DNA from: an uncultured Bacteriovorax sp.
GTDB lineage: Bacteria > Bdellovibrionota > UBA1018
Length of the DNA: 64,000 nt
Direction of reading: 5' to 3'
Assembly (NCBI GenBank): GCA_964508305.1
Contig: CAZDSX010000004.1
Location: forward strand, 3,359 to 67,358
Part shown: piece by piece, positions 49,966 through 58,220 of the stretch
How the letters are laid out: the number at the start of each line of letters is the position of its first letter
How positions within the stretch are numbered: position 1 is the first letter of the stretch
Notes under the pieces: model-generated
What the model was told of the DNA's origin: nothing
Databases searched by the model: none
The model's input: only the letters and a program-made list of their open reading frames with translations
Program-made: the position numbers and the translations under genes

Positions 49966-50513
49966 GGCTTGCCGAGTTCCTCGCCGAAATCCTGACCGCG
50001 CATGGACAGGTCCTCCTCAGGCTCGCAGCCCTGCTGGGCGAGGAGCGCCTGCTGGATTTACTGGAGCGAGCCGAGGAGCTCTACCCGCTTGCGGACGAGG
50101 ATGCGGAGACCTTTTCAAGATGGGAACAGTGGCTTCGCTCCATGCTCGTCACGAGCCCCGGGGACACCTCTCCGCAGGCCATGGCCGAGATCCAGTCGGC
50201 CGTGAACGCCCTCAATCTCCCCGAGGTGCTCGAATTCTATGTCTGGGCGTACCCGACCTACCGCGCCTATGTGGAAACCGGGATTGAGCTTTCGATGCGC
50301 ATTCCTCGAATGAGCGCCACGGGCGCACCCAGTGAGAACGGCCTCCAGCTCACGGACAATGCCCTGGAGCGCGCGCGCGAGTGGTTTAAAAGACTGCCTC
50401 TCCCGTCAGAGATCGGACTTGCAGCCGAGCGGGCGGCAGAGATCCCCTGGCTTCGCTTCAGGGCCGAGGTCCTCAAACGAGTAGGAAGGCGCCCCCTCGG
50501 GCCTGTCTACTAG
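49962..50513 (+). CDS. hypothetical protein 4 (helical)
   Basis: ATGA overlap with the previous ORF. Its stop overlaps the convergent polA stop. Confidence 0.45.
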   Translation: MRLAEFLAEILTAHGQVLLRLAALLGEERLLDLLERAEELYPLADEDAETFSRWEQWLRSMLVTSPGDTSPQAMAEIQSAVNALNLPEVLEFYVWAYPTYRAYVETGIELSMRIPRMSATGAPSENGLQLTDNALERAREWFKRLPLPSEIGLAAERAAEIPWLRFRAEVLKRVGRRPLGPVY

Positions 50514-53287
50514 AGCTCCATCCAATTCGAGCCATGGCTCGAGTTCACCCGCAGTGGCACGGCAAGATCATGGAACGGTGCCAGGGCTCCTTCCATGGCC
50601 TCGACCACCATCCTCTCGATCCGCTCGGCCTCGTCCTTTGGACAATCAATGACCACTTCGTCGTGAACCTGGATGATCAGGCGAGCCCCACTCTTGAGAT
50701 CGCGGAGTCGTTCGTCGATCTCGATCATCGCAAGCTTCATGAGATCGGCAGCCGTTCCCTGGATCGGAGTGTTCATCGCCATGCGCTCGGCATTGGCGCG
50801 GATTGCGGGATTCTTGGAATGGATATCCGGAAGCTGGCGTTTGCGTCCCAGCAGGGTCGTGACGAAGCCTTTTTCGCGGGCTCCGACGATGGCGCCATCC
50901 AGATACGCCTTCACCCCCGCGTAACGCTCAAAGTAGCGCTCAATCGTCTCCGCAGCCTCCTTGCGGGAGATCTTGAGCTCCTGCGAGAGTCCAAATGCGG
51001 TTTTTCCGTACATGAGCCCGAAGTTGATCGCCTTTGCAATCGAGCGCTCGCGATCCCCCACCTGGTCAGCCGGAATTCCGAAGATCTCGGCAGCCGTTCG
51101 ACGGTGCACGTCTTCATCGGCCCTGAATGACCGAACCAGCTCGACGTCCCCACTCATATCAGCGAGCAGCCTGAGTTCGATCTGGCTGTAATCCGCCGAA
51201 ATAAGGACATTGCCCGGACTGGGCACAAAAGCCCCCCGGATCCGAATCCCGCGATCCGAGCGGATCGGAATATTCTGCAGATTGGGATCCGAACTCGAGA
51301 GCCTGCCCGTCGCCGTGCCGGCCTGATGGAAAGAGGCGTGGATCTTTCCAGTGACCGGATCCTTGAGCGTCGGCAGCGGATCGACATAAGTGCCCTTGAG
51401 CTTGGAGATCTCCCGATACTCAAGCAGGAGGCGTGGGACCTCATGCATGGGCGCCAAGGCTTCAAGCGTTGCAGCGTCGGTGGAGTAGCCCGTCTTGGTC
51501 TTCGACTGAGTGGGAAGCCCCAGGTGCTCAAAGAGCAGCACGCCCAGCTGCTTGGGCGAATTCAGGTTGATCGGGCCCGGAGCAAATGCGGATATTTTTT
51601 TTTCGAGCGCAACGAGTTCCCTATCAAACTCGATGGCGAGGCCCTTGAGATAGGCCTCGTTGATGCAGACCCCGTTCATCTCCATCCTGGAGAGCACCTG
51701 CACCAGTGGCAGATCCACGCGCGAAAAAACTTCCATCAGGCGTTCGCGCTCGAGCTCGCGGTGAAGCAGGCGCCAGAGCCTGAGAGCCACCCAGGCGTCC
51801 TCTGCTGAATAGCGAGTCGCCACATCCACGGGGACCATGTCGAAAGTGATCTGGTCCTTTCCTTTCCCGCAGACTTCCTCGTAAGTGAGCATCGAGTAAT
51901 CGAGATACTGCGAAGCCAGGGTCTTGAGATCGTGCCTTCCCTCGGGCGCAAGCAGGTAGGCTGCAACCATGGTGTCGGCACCGATTCCATCGGGCTCAAT
52001 TCCCTGCGCACGGCACACACTGAAGTCGTACTTGAGGTTCTGTCCGATCTTCTTGATCCGGGGATCCTCGAGCAGGGGCCTCACGCGCTTCCAAACCTCT
52101 GCGATCGGCAGCTGCTCCACCTGCGTGCCGCGGTGTCCGACTGGCACGTAATAGGCTTCAGCATCATCGACGGCGAGTGCAAAACCCACGATCTCAGCCA
52201 CGCGCGGATTGAGTGAAGTCGTCTCGAGATCAAACCCGAACTCACCTGCCTTGCGGATCTTCCCCACAAGTCCATCCAGAACATCAAGGTTTGTCACGGT
52301 GATGAAATTGCCCTTGATCCGGCTTGCCTCAACCGCTGGCGCACCTGCCTGACCTGCTTGACCCGCCTGGGGCGCCTGGGAGGCAGGCTTCCTGCCGTTC
52401 CACTTTTCCAAGAGCGAAGTGAACCCGAGCTCCTTCAGCAAGGTGACGCACTCCTCGCCCACCTGGAACTCATACTTGAAATCCTGCTCGCTTACGGCGA
52501 GCGGAAGATCCATGTGGACAGTGGCAAGCTCCTGCGAGAGCAGCGCGGCCTGCTCTTCTGCCACCAGGGTCTGTCCCTTCTTTCCCGAGATCCGCCCCTC
52601 CTTGGCAGCCTTCAGGATGCCTTCGAGCGATCCATGTTCCTTGAGCAGATCCACGGCACCCTTGGGTCCGATCCCGCTCACTCCGGGGATATTGTCCGAG
52701 CTGTCCCCTGTCAGGGCCAGGAAGTCCCGGACCTGGGAGGGAGGAACCCCCATCTTCTCCGTGACCTGTGCGGGGTCATAGGTGATGTTCTTGAGTGTGT
52801 CGAGCATCCTGACCCGATCACCCACCAGCTGCATGAGATCCTTGTCACCCGAAACGATGACGACTTCGTGGCGGGGCGAAAGCTCGCACCAGCGGCGCGC
52901 CAGGGTCGCAATCAAGTCGTCAGCTTCCACGCCGCTCTTTCTAAAGGAGTGGATCTGCATGGCGCGGATGAGCTGTTCGATTCGGTCAAATTGCGGAAGG
53001 AGCTCTTCGGGAGGGCTCGAGCGATTGGCCTTGTACTCGGCGTAGCGCTCCTTGCGAAAAGAAGGCTCCTTGGAATCGTAGGCCACCACCATGAACTGGG
53101 GCTTGGCCTCATCCACGAGCCTCTGGATCATCGTTGCCACGCCATAGACGGCATTGACGGGCTCGCCTGCACGCGTCGTCAGTGGACGGATGGCGTAGAA
53201 GGCACGAAAGATAAAAGAGGAAATATCGAGAAGATAAAGCGTCTGTGCAGGATCCTGCTTGGGGAGCGACATCGGCATCTCCCTCAA
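50510..53287 (-). CDS. polA: DNA polymerase I
   Basis: 5'-3' exonuclease N-terminus, 3'-5' exonuclease-like middle, and polymerase motifs A (DYSQIELR), B (RRxAKAINFGLMYG) and C (VHDE). Confidence 0.95.
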   Translation of the reverse strand: MREMPMSLPKQDPAQTLYLLDISSFIFRAFYAIRPLTTRAGEPVNAVYGVATMIQRLVDEAKPQFMVVAYDSKEPSFRKERYAEYKANRSSPPEELLPQFDRIEQLIRAMQIHSFRKSGVEADDLIATLARRWCELSPRHEVVIVSGDKDLMQLVGDRVRMLDTLKNITYDPAQVTEKMGVPPSQVRDFLALTGDSSDNIPGVSGIGPKGAVDLLKEHGSLEGILKAAKEGRISGKKGQTLVAEEQAALLSQELATVHMDLPLAVSEQDFKYEFQVGEECVTLLKELGFTSLLEKWNGRKPASQAPQAGQAGQAGAPAVEASRIKGNFITVTNLDVLDGLVGKIRKAGEFGFDLETTSLNPRVAEIVGFALAVDDAEAYYVPVGHRGTQVEQLPIAEVWKRVRPLLEDPRIKKIGQNLKYDFSVCRAQGIEPDGIGADTMVAAYLLAPEGRHDLKTLASQYLDYSMLTYEEVCGKGKDQITFDMVPVDVATRYSAEDAWVALRLWRLLHRELERERLMEVFSRVDLPLVQVLSRMEMNGVCINEAYLKGLAIEFDRELVALEKKISAFAPGPINLNSPKQLGVLLFEHLGLPTQSKTKTGYSTDAATLEALAPMHEVPRLLLEYREISKLKGTYVDPLPTLKDPVTGKIHASFHQAGTATGRLSSSDPNLQNIPIRSDRGIRIRGAFVPSPGNVLISADYSQIELRLLADMSGDVELVRSFRADEDVHRRTAAEIFGIPADQVGDRERSIAKAINFGLMYGKTAFGLSQELKISRKEAAETIERYFERYAGVKAYLDGAIVGAREKGFVTTLLGRKRQLPDIHSKNPAIRANAERMAMNTPIQGTAADLMKLAMIEIDERLRDLKSGARLIIQVHDEVVIDCPKDEAERIERMVVEAMEGALAPFHDLAVPLRVNSSHGSNWMEL

Positions 53288-53889
53288 GACTTCTCGAGGA
53301 CGCGAGTACCCGCCATGATGTCACCCAGCCTGGCCTCGCCCTGCATTCGTGCCATGAGCGTGATCTCCACCAGCATCAGCGGGACACCCACCAGGATGCA
53401 GATGATCCAGCCCCAGAGCGGGATGATTGCAAAAAAAGTGGCCACGCCCACGGGCAGATTGCGGATCATGGCGTCCTTGAAATTGGCCGGCTGTCCGTCG
53501 CCCGTTCGAATCACCCGAAGCCCCATCATCCGCTTGCCCAGGCTCTGTCCGCTGAATCCCCAGCGCTGAAGCCCATCCCCGCAGACGCTGTACACAAATC
53601 CCGCCAGAGGTCCGAACGGCCCCGGGATCAGCAGGCCAAAAAGTCCAACAACGAGCAGGTCCAGCATCTTGGCGGCAACGCGCTGGAAAACTGCAAACTT
53701 ATGGCGAGCCCCCACGGGAAGCGTTCCGCGAACCGAATCGGTCACGAGGTCCTGCGCCTCCCGAAGGCGCTTGAGGATCAGTTCGATCACTCTGTTGAGT
53801 TCAAGAAGACCCGCTCGGATCAAGCGGAAAATCTTCTCGATTCCCGCGCCCTTGTTTCCGCCCGTATTCTTACTATCCAACGAACTCAT
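53284..53889 (-). CDS. RDD-family membrane protein
   Basis: Multi-TM with GQSLGKRMMGLRV-type RDD motif. ATGA overlap with polA. Confidence 0.6.
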   Translation of the reverse strand: MSSLDSKNTGGNKGAGIEKIFRLIRAGLLELNRVIELILKRLREAQDLVTDSVRGTLPVGARHKFAVFQRVAAKMLDLLVVGLFGLLIPGPFGPLAGFVYSVCGDGLQRWGFSGQSLGKRMMGLRVIRTGDGQPANFKDAMIRNLPVGVATFFAIIPLWGWIICILVGVPLMLVEITLMARMQGEARLGDIMAGTRVLEKS

Positions 53890-54500
53890 TTGCCGTCCTT
53901 TGACAGAAAGAACCGATCCAAAAGGTCGACCAGGCTATGGACGACAAAGATGTGGGTTTCTTGAATGCGGCTGGAGTTCTTGCCGGCACTCGCATTCAGC
54001 GCGATATCCGCAAGAGCAGCAAGCTTTCCTCCCGAGCCTCCGGTCAAGCTGATCACCTTGCAGCCCTTGGACCGCGCCGACTCGACGGCTCTCACCACAC
54101 TCGGACTGTTTCCCGAGGTCGAAATCGCAATCAACACATCTTGCGCTTTAGCCAGGGCTTCCACCTGCCTCGAAAACACGAACTCATAACCATAATCATT
54201 GGCGAGCGCCGTCAGATTGGAACTGTCCGTCGTCAAGGCAATGGCTGGAAGCGCCCTGCGCTCCATGAGCATGCGGCCCACCATCTCGGCCGCCATGTGC
54301 TGGGCGTCGGCCGCCGAGCCTCCATTGCCACAGATCAGGACCTTGCCGCCTCCAGCGAGGCAATGTCCAAGTAGCTCCGAAGCTTTGACGAGCAGGCCCC
54401 CGGATTCCTTCAAAAATTGCTCCCGGATGGCCGTTGACTCAGCCGAAGTTTGGGTGAGATAGTCCAGCGGCGCCTGCATCGAATCAGAACTGGGTGACAT
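53886..54500 (-). CDS. gmhA: SIS-domain phosphoheptose isomerase (GmhA/DiaA family)
   Basis: CGNGGSAADAQHMAAEM closely matches the GmhA GNGGSAADAQHF motif. ATGA overlap with the RDD gene. Confidence 0.8.
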   Translation of the reverse strand: MSPSSDSMQAPLDYLTQTSAESTAIREQFLKESGGLLVKASELLGHCLAGGGKVLICGNGGSAADAQHMAAEMVGRMLMERRALPAIALTTDSSNLTALANDYGYEFVFSRQVEALAKAQDVLIAISTSGNSPSVVRAVESARSKGCKVISLTGGSGGKLAALADIALNASAGKNSSRIQETHIFVVHSLVDLLDRFFLSKDGK

Positions 54501-54529
54501 GGCGCAGAACTTATCCTTTAGGGGCCACT

Positions 54530-54859
54530 ATGGCAAACGCACACGTAAAAACCGCAACCGATCAGAACTTCCCGACCGACATCCTCAAGGCCTCGCAGGT
54601 CACCCTCGTGGACTTCTGGGCGGAGTGGTGCGGTCCCTGCCGCGCACTCGCCCCGACGATCGACTCCATTGCCGAAGAGTTCGCCGGCAAGGTCAATGTC
54701 TTCAAGCACAACGTGGACGACCATCCGGTCACCCCCGGCCAGTACAGCATCCGCGGTATTCCGACCCTGCTCGTATTCAAGGGCGGCCAGGTCGTCGACC
54801 AGATCGTGGGCAACCAGCCCCGCGAAGTGATCGTTCAGGCCATCCAGCGCCACCTCTAA
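54530..54859 (+). CDS. trxA: thioredoxin
   Basis: WAEWCGPCRALAP active site. Start at MANAHVKTATDQNF. Confidence 0.9.
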   Translation: MANAHVKTATDQNFPTDILKASQVTLVDFWAEWCGPCRALAPTIDSIAEEFAGKVNVFKHNVDDHPVTPGQYSIRGIPTLLVFKGGQVVDQIVGNQPREVIVQAIQRHL

Positions 54860-54934
54860 AAGACGCCAGCCGACCAAAAGAGTTTGACGCATCCCTCGAT
54901 TCCGGTATCCTCTTAAAAAAAGAGGAGAAATCCC

Positions 54935-55600
54935 ATGGAATCGGGAAACTTCACGCAGGGAATCGTAGGCGCATTTCAGCAGGGCGGCTTCTCCATGTGG
55001 CTCATCGCGGTGGCTTTGGCCGTCTCGGTGGCTTTCATGCTGGAGCGCATGGTCAAATTGGCCCAGGCCAATGTTGATGGTGCGGCCTTCATGTTCGAGA
55101 TCCAAAAGTACATCCTGGCCAATGACCTGGACGGGGCCATCCGGCTCTGTAACGGAGCCGGAAACGCCGCCCTCCCCCGCGTGATCAAGGCCGGCCTCCA
55201 GCGCGCCTCCCGCGACCAGGAACAGATCCAGAACGCCATTGATGCTGCAAGCCTCGAGGTGATCCCAAAGCTCGAGCGCAGGCTTCCCTATCTTTCGCTC
55301 ATTGCCAACATCGCGACCCTCCTGGGTCTCCTGGGCACCATCTCGGGTCTGATCAAGTCCTTCGCAGCCGTGGCCCTTGCCGATCCGGCCCAGCGCCAGG
55401 CCATTCTCGCTGCCGGTATCTCGGAAGCCATGAACGCTACGGCTTTCGGTCTTGTGACCGCCATCCTGACGATGGTCGTGCACAGCGTGCTGAGCAGCAA
55501 GGCCTCCAAGATCATCGAAGAAGTCGATGAATACGGAGTCAAGCTGCTGGACCTGCTTTCGGCCCGCAAGTTCCGTCATTCTTCGGAGAAGGCGGAGTAA
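54935..55600 (+). CDS. MotA/TolQ/ExbB-family proton channel (AglR-like)
   Basis: Three TM helices and a conserved TolQ/ExbB C-terminal region. RBS AAGAGGAG. Confidence 0.85.
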   Translation: MESGNFTQGIVGAFQQGGFSMWLIAVALAVSVAFMLERMVKLAQANVDGAAFMFEIQKYILANDLDGAIRLCNGAGNAALPRVIKAGLQRASRDQEQIQNAIDAASLEVIPKLERRLPYLSLIANIATLLGLLGTISGLIKSFAAVALADPAQRQAILAAGISEAMNATAFGLVTAILTMVVHSVLSSKASKIIEEVDEYGVKLLDLLSARKFRHSSEKAE

Positions 55601-55606
55601 CCGACC

Positions 55607-56152
55607 TTGCTCAAGCGCCCGAGCACACGCAGACGCTCCGCTCCTTCGGAAGTGGCGATCAACCTGGTGCCCATGCTGGACGCCCTGGTGACGCTGATCG
55701 GCTTCCTGCTCTTCTCGATGAGCTTCCTGGCCCTCGTCTCGGTGGAAACACCGATGCCGCAGATCAGCCCGGACGACGTTCAGCAGAAGATCAAGGAAAA
55801 GCCCCTTCAGCTCACGGTGAGCATCAAGGACAAGGAAACCGAGATCTGGAGCCCCTTCGAGCGGATCAAGTCGCAGTCGATCCCGCACAATGCCGAGGGG
55901 ATGCCGGACGCTCCTGCAATCCATGCGGCACTGATCGAAGTGAAGAGGCAGTTCCTGAACGAGAACAAGGTGGTACTGGTACCCGCAGCGTCCACTTCGT
56001 ACGACATCCTCATCTCGGTGATGGACGCACTTCGCGTGCTTGAGCCCACGGATCCGGCGCTCTTCAAGAAGAACGAACAAACCGGGATCGATGAACCCCT
56101 GAAGGCGCTCTTTCCTGAAGTCGTCTTCGGAAACCTCTTGGGAGAAGGCTGA
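55607..56152 (+). CDS. ExbD/TolR-family protein 1 (AglQ/AglS-like)
   Basis: TTG start. Single TM INLVPMLDALVTLIGFLLF with the conserved Asp, plus a periplasmic domain. Confidence 0.8.
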   Translation: MLKRPSTRRRSAPSEVAINLVPMLDALVTLIGFLLFSMSFLALVSVETPMPQISPDDVQQKIKEKPLQLTVSIKDKETEIWSPFERIKSQSIPHNAEGMPDAPAIHAALIEVKRQFLNENKVVLVPAASTSYDILISVMDALRVLEPTDPALFKKNEQTGIDEPLKALFPEVVFGNLLGEG

Positions 56153-56154
56153 TC

Positions 56155-56733
56155 ATGGCTGGTACCCGCTCCATTCGGTTTCGCAGGGCCCGCCGCAAGC
56201 ACAAGGAGATCGAGCTCCAGCTCACGAGCATGCTCGATGTGCTGGTCATCATCCTCGTATTCCTCCTCAAGAGCTATTCGACGTCGACCAACAACTTCAC
56301 GACGCTTCCGGGCCTGAAGCTTCCGCTTTCCGCATCTCAGGACATTCCGCCGGACAGCCTCCACCTGATCATCACGCCCGAAGGCATGACCTTTGAGAGC
56401 GTACGGATCGTGGAGTTTGATCTCGGTGCAGGATCGCTCGGCGCCACGGACGCAGATGCGCAGTATTCGCTCAAGCCCGTGGACCTCGCTGAGGACGGCC
56501 GCCAGATCAAGCCCCTCTATGAAGCCCTGGTCAAGGCCAAGGACCGCGCCGAGCTCCTGCGTGCGAAGTCCAAGGCTCGCGACGCACAGGGAAATCCCCT
56601 TCCGTTTGACGGAATCCTCGCCATCCAGGCCGACAAGCGGGTGCATTACGACACGATCCGCAAGATCATGTATACGGCAGCGACAGCGGGCTACAAGACC
56701 TTCAGGCTGCTCGCGCTCAAGCGCGACGGCTAG
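56155..56733 (+). CDS. ExbD/TolR-family protein 2 (AglQ/AglS-like)
   Basis: Single TM LTSMLDVLVIILVFLL with the conserved Asp, plus a periplasmic domain. Confidence 0.8.
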   Translation: MAGTRSIRFRRARRKHKEIELQLTSMLDVLVIILVFLLKSYSTSTNNFTTLPGLKLPLSASQDIPPDSLHLIITPEGMTFESVRIVEFDLGAGSLGATDADAQYSLKPVDLAEDGRQIKPLYEALVKAKDRAELLRAKSKARDAQGNPLPFDGILAIQADKRVHYDTIRKIMYTAATAGYKTFRLLALKRDG

Positions 56734-56744
56734 GCATCGGAACT

Positions 56745-57815
56745 TTAGATCATCTGCAGGCGACACTCGCCCTGGCTGGCGAGAGCAAACCCGGTCATCT
56801 TATAAAGAAGCCTTGCTCCACAGTTGGCGTCCCATTCGGCAAGGTCAGCGCCTTCGGGTCCCGGAGCGACTTCGTTCAAGTCAAAGCCGACGATTTTTCG
56901 GCCAGACTCGACCAGTGTCCTCAGGATGAAGATGGCCTCTGAAAAGTCGAGGCCCCCCGGCACCGGCGTGCCCGTGTGCGGACAGTAGCGTGGATCGAGG
57001 CCATCAATGTCGAACGACACATAGACGTTCTTGGGAAGCTCCTCGACGATTTGCCAGGCCAGTCCCGAAAACGACTCCCCACGAAGGCGGCTCTGGGCAA
57101 TGTCACGGTCCCAGAACACGCGAACGCGGCCGCCCTCACGGGAACAAAATTCCACTTCCTGCTCGCAGACATCTCGAATGCCGACCTGCACGAGCTTGCG
57201 TACTTGAGGGAGCCGCGTCAGTACGTTGTACATGATCGAAGCATGCGAATCCTCGAAGCCCTCGTAAGCCACACGCGTATCTGAATGGGCATCAAAATGA
57301 AGGATCCCGACATCGGGGTAGGCCTCGACATGGGCCCGGATCGCGCCAAATGGCGTTGAGTGATCTCCCCCCACCAATCCCACAAGCTTGCCTGCCCGGA
57401 TGAGGGATGCCACATCCTGGTAGACCACCTCGTTGAGGCGTGAGCCAAGCTCGTTGACCTGCTTGAGTGCGGACTCCAGCTCGGCATTTCCCGAGATCTC
57501 TCCACCCACTTCGATGATCTTTTGCGCAAGCGACCTTCCACGCTCATTCCATTGGCAGATCTCAGGGCGGGATGGACGCATGAAAAGTCCCGGTTCGTAG
57601 GGCTTCACCACGTCCATGTCATAAAGATCGACCTGGCGGCTGGCTTCCAGGATCGCATCCGGTCCTCCCGAGGTGCCACCTCCGTATGAGGTCGTGACCT
57701 CCCAGGGAACCGGGAGGTAAACGACGCGAGCCTCTTCCTCGCTGTACGGCAGACCAAAGATGCCGGAGTCTCCGGAGGCAGCTGCATTGGGATCAAAGCG
57801 CACGGACTGGGACAT
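56745..57815 (-). CDS. agmatinase/arginase-family ureohydrolase
   Basis: Mn-binding motifs HFDAHSDT, SFDIDGLDP and GGDHS. Confidence 0.85.
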   Translation of the reverse strand: MSQSVRFDPNAAASGDSGIFGLPYSEEEARVVYLPVPWEVTTSYGGGTSGGPDAILEASRQVDLYDMDVVKPYEPGLFMRPSRPEICQWNERGRSLAQKIIEVGGEISGNAELESALKQVNELGSRLNEVVYQDVASLIRAGKLVGLVGGDHSTPFGAIRAHVEAYPDVGILHFDAHSDTRVAYEGFEDSHASIMYNVLTRLPQVRKLVQVGIRDVCEQEVEFCSREGGRVRVFWDRDIAQSRLRGESFSGLAWQIVEELPKNVYVSFDIDGLDPRYCPHTGTPVPGGLDFSEAIFILRTLVESGRKIVGFDLNEVAPGPEGADLAEWDANCGARLLYKMTGFALASQGECRLQMI

Positions 57816-57826
57816 GAGGATATTCC

Positions 57827-58210
57827 TTACTGGCTGAGGTCGATCTCCAACATCGAGCCCGCACCTGGTTCAAGCCGGATTCTCCGGCTCACCCGCTCGC
57901 GAACGCACACTCGGGCATCCTCCTTTTGGCAGACATAGAGACTGCCTTCAAGAAGGAGTTCAGGCTGAGGGAGATCGCGGATCTCGAAACGCTGGCCGGC
58001 AAGGTCACTTACACCCCAATGCCCGACCACCGAATCCCCCGCCTTGAGCTGCATCTCCGAAGGAGCCTGGGGATTGACCTTGAAACCATCCTTGAGCTGA
58101 AAGGCTACCTGGACCGGGCCTCCCGGACTCACGCGCGCGACACCCCTGGCGCGCAGCTGTGGGCACGCGGCCAGGACGACGAACAGCGCTCCATACCAGG
58201 CAATCCGCAT
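57827..58210 (-). CDS. small periplasmic hypothetical protein
   Basis: Signal peptide MRIAWYGALFVVLAACPQ. Lies downstream of the FHA/PglI-like gene in the same orientation. Confidence 0.45.
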   Translation of the reverse strand: MRIAWYGALFVVLAACPQLRARGVARVSPGGPVQVAFQLKDGFKVNPQAPSEMQLKAGDSVVGHWGVSDLAGQRFEIRDLPQPELLLEGSLYVCQKEDARVCVRERVSRRIRLEPGAGSMLEIDLSQ

Positions 58211-58220
58211 CGACCGGGGT

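Noticed and set aside
51590-51600. T9/A9 homopolymer inside polA coding sequence
   Set aside because: It encodes LEKKISAF in-frame within a conserved PolA segment. No evidence of a frameshift or phase-variable switch.
53245-54052. Plus-strand ORFs (239 and 127 aa)
   Set aside because: Antisense to the RDD and gmhA genes, which have clear motifs and ATGA coupling to polA.
54892-54912. Hairpin CCTCTT-AAAAAA-AAGAGG upstream of the ExbB-like gene
   Set aside because: There is no downstream U-tract, so it is not a terminator. It overlaps the GAGGAG RBS and could modulate translation, but this is too weak to call.
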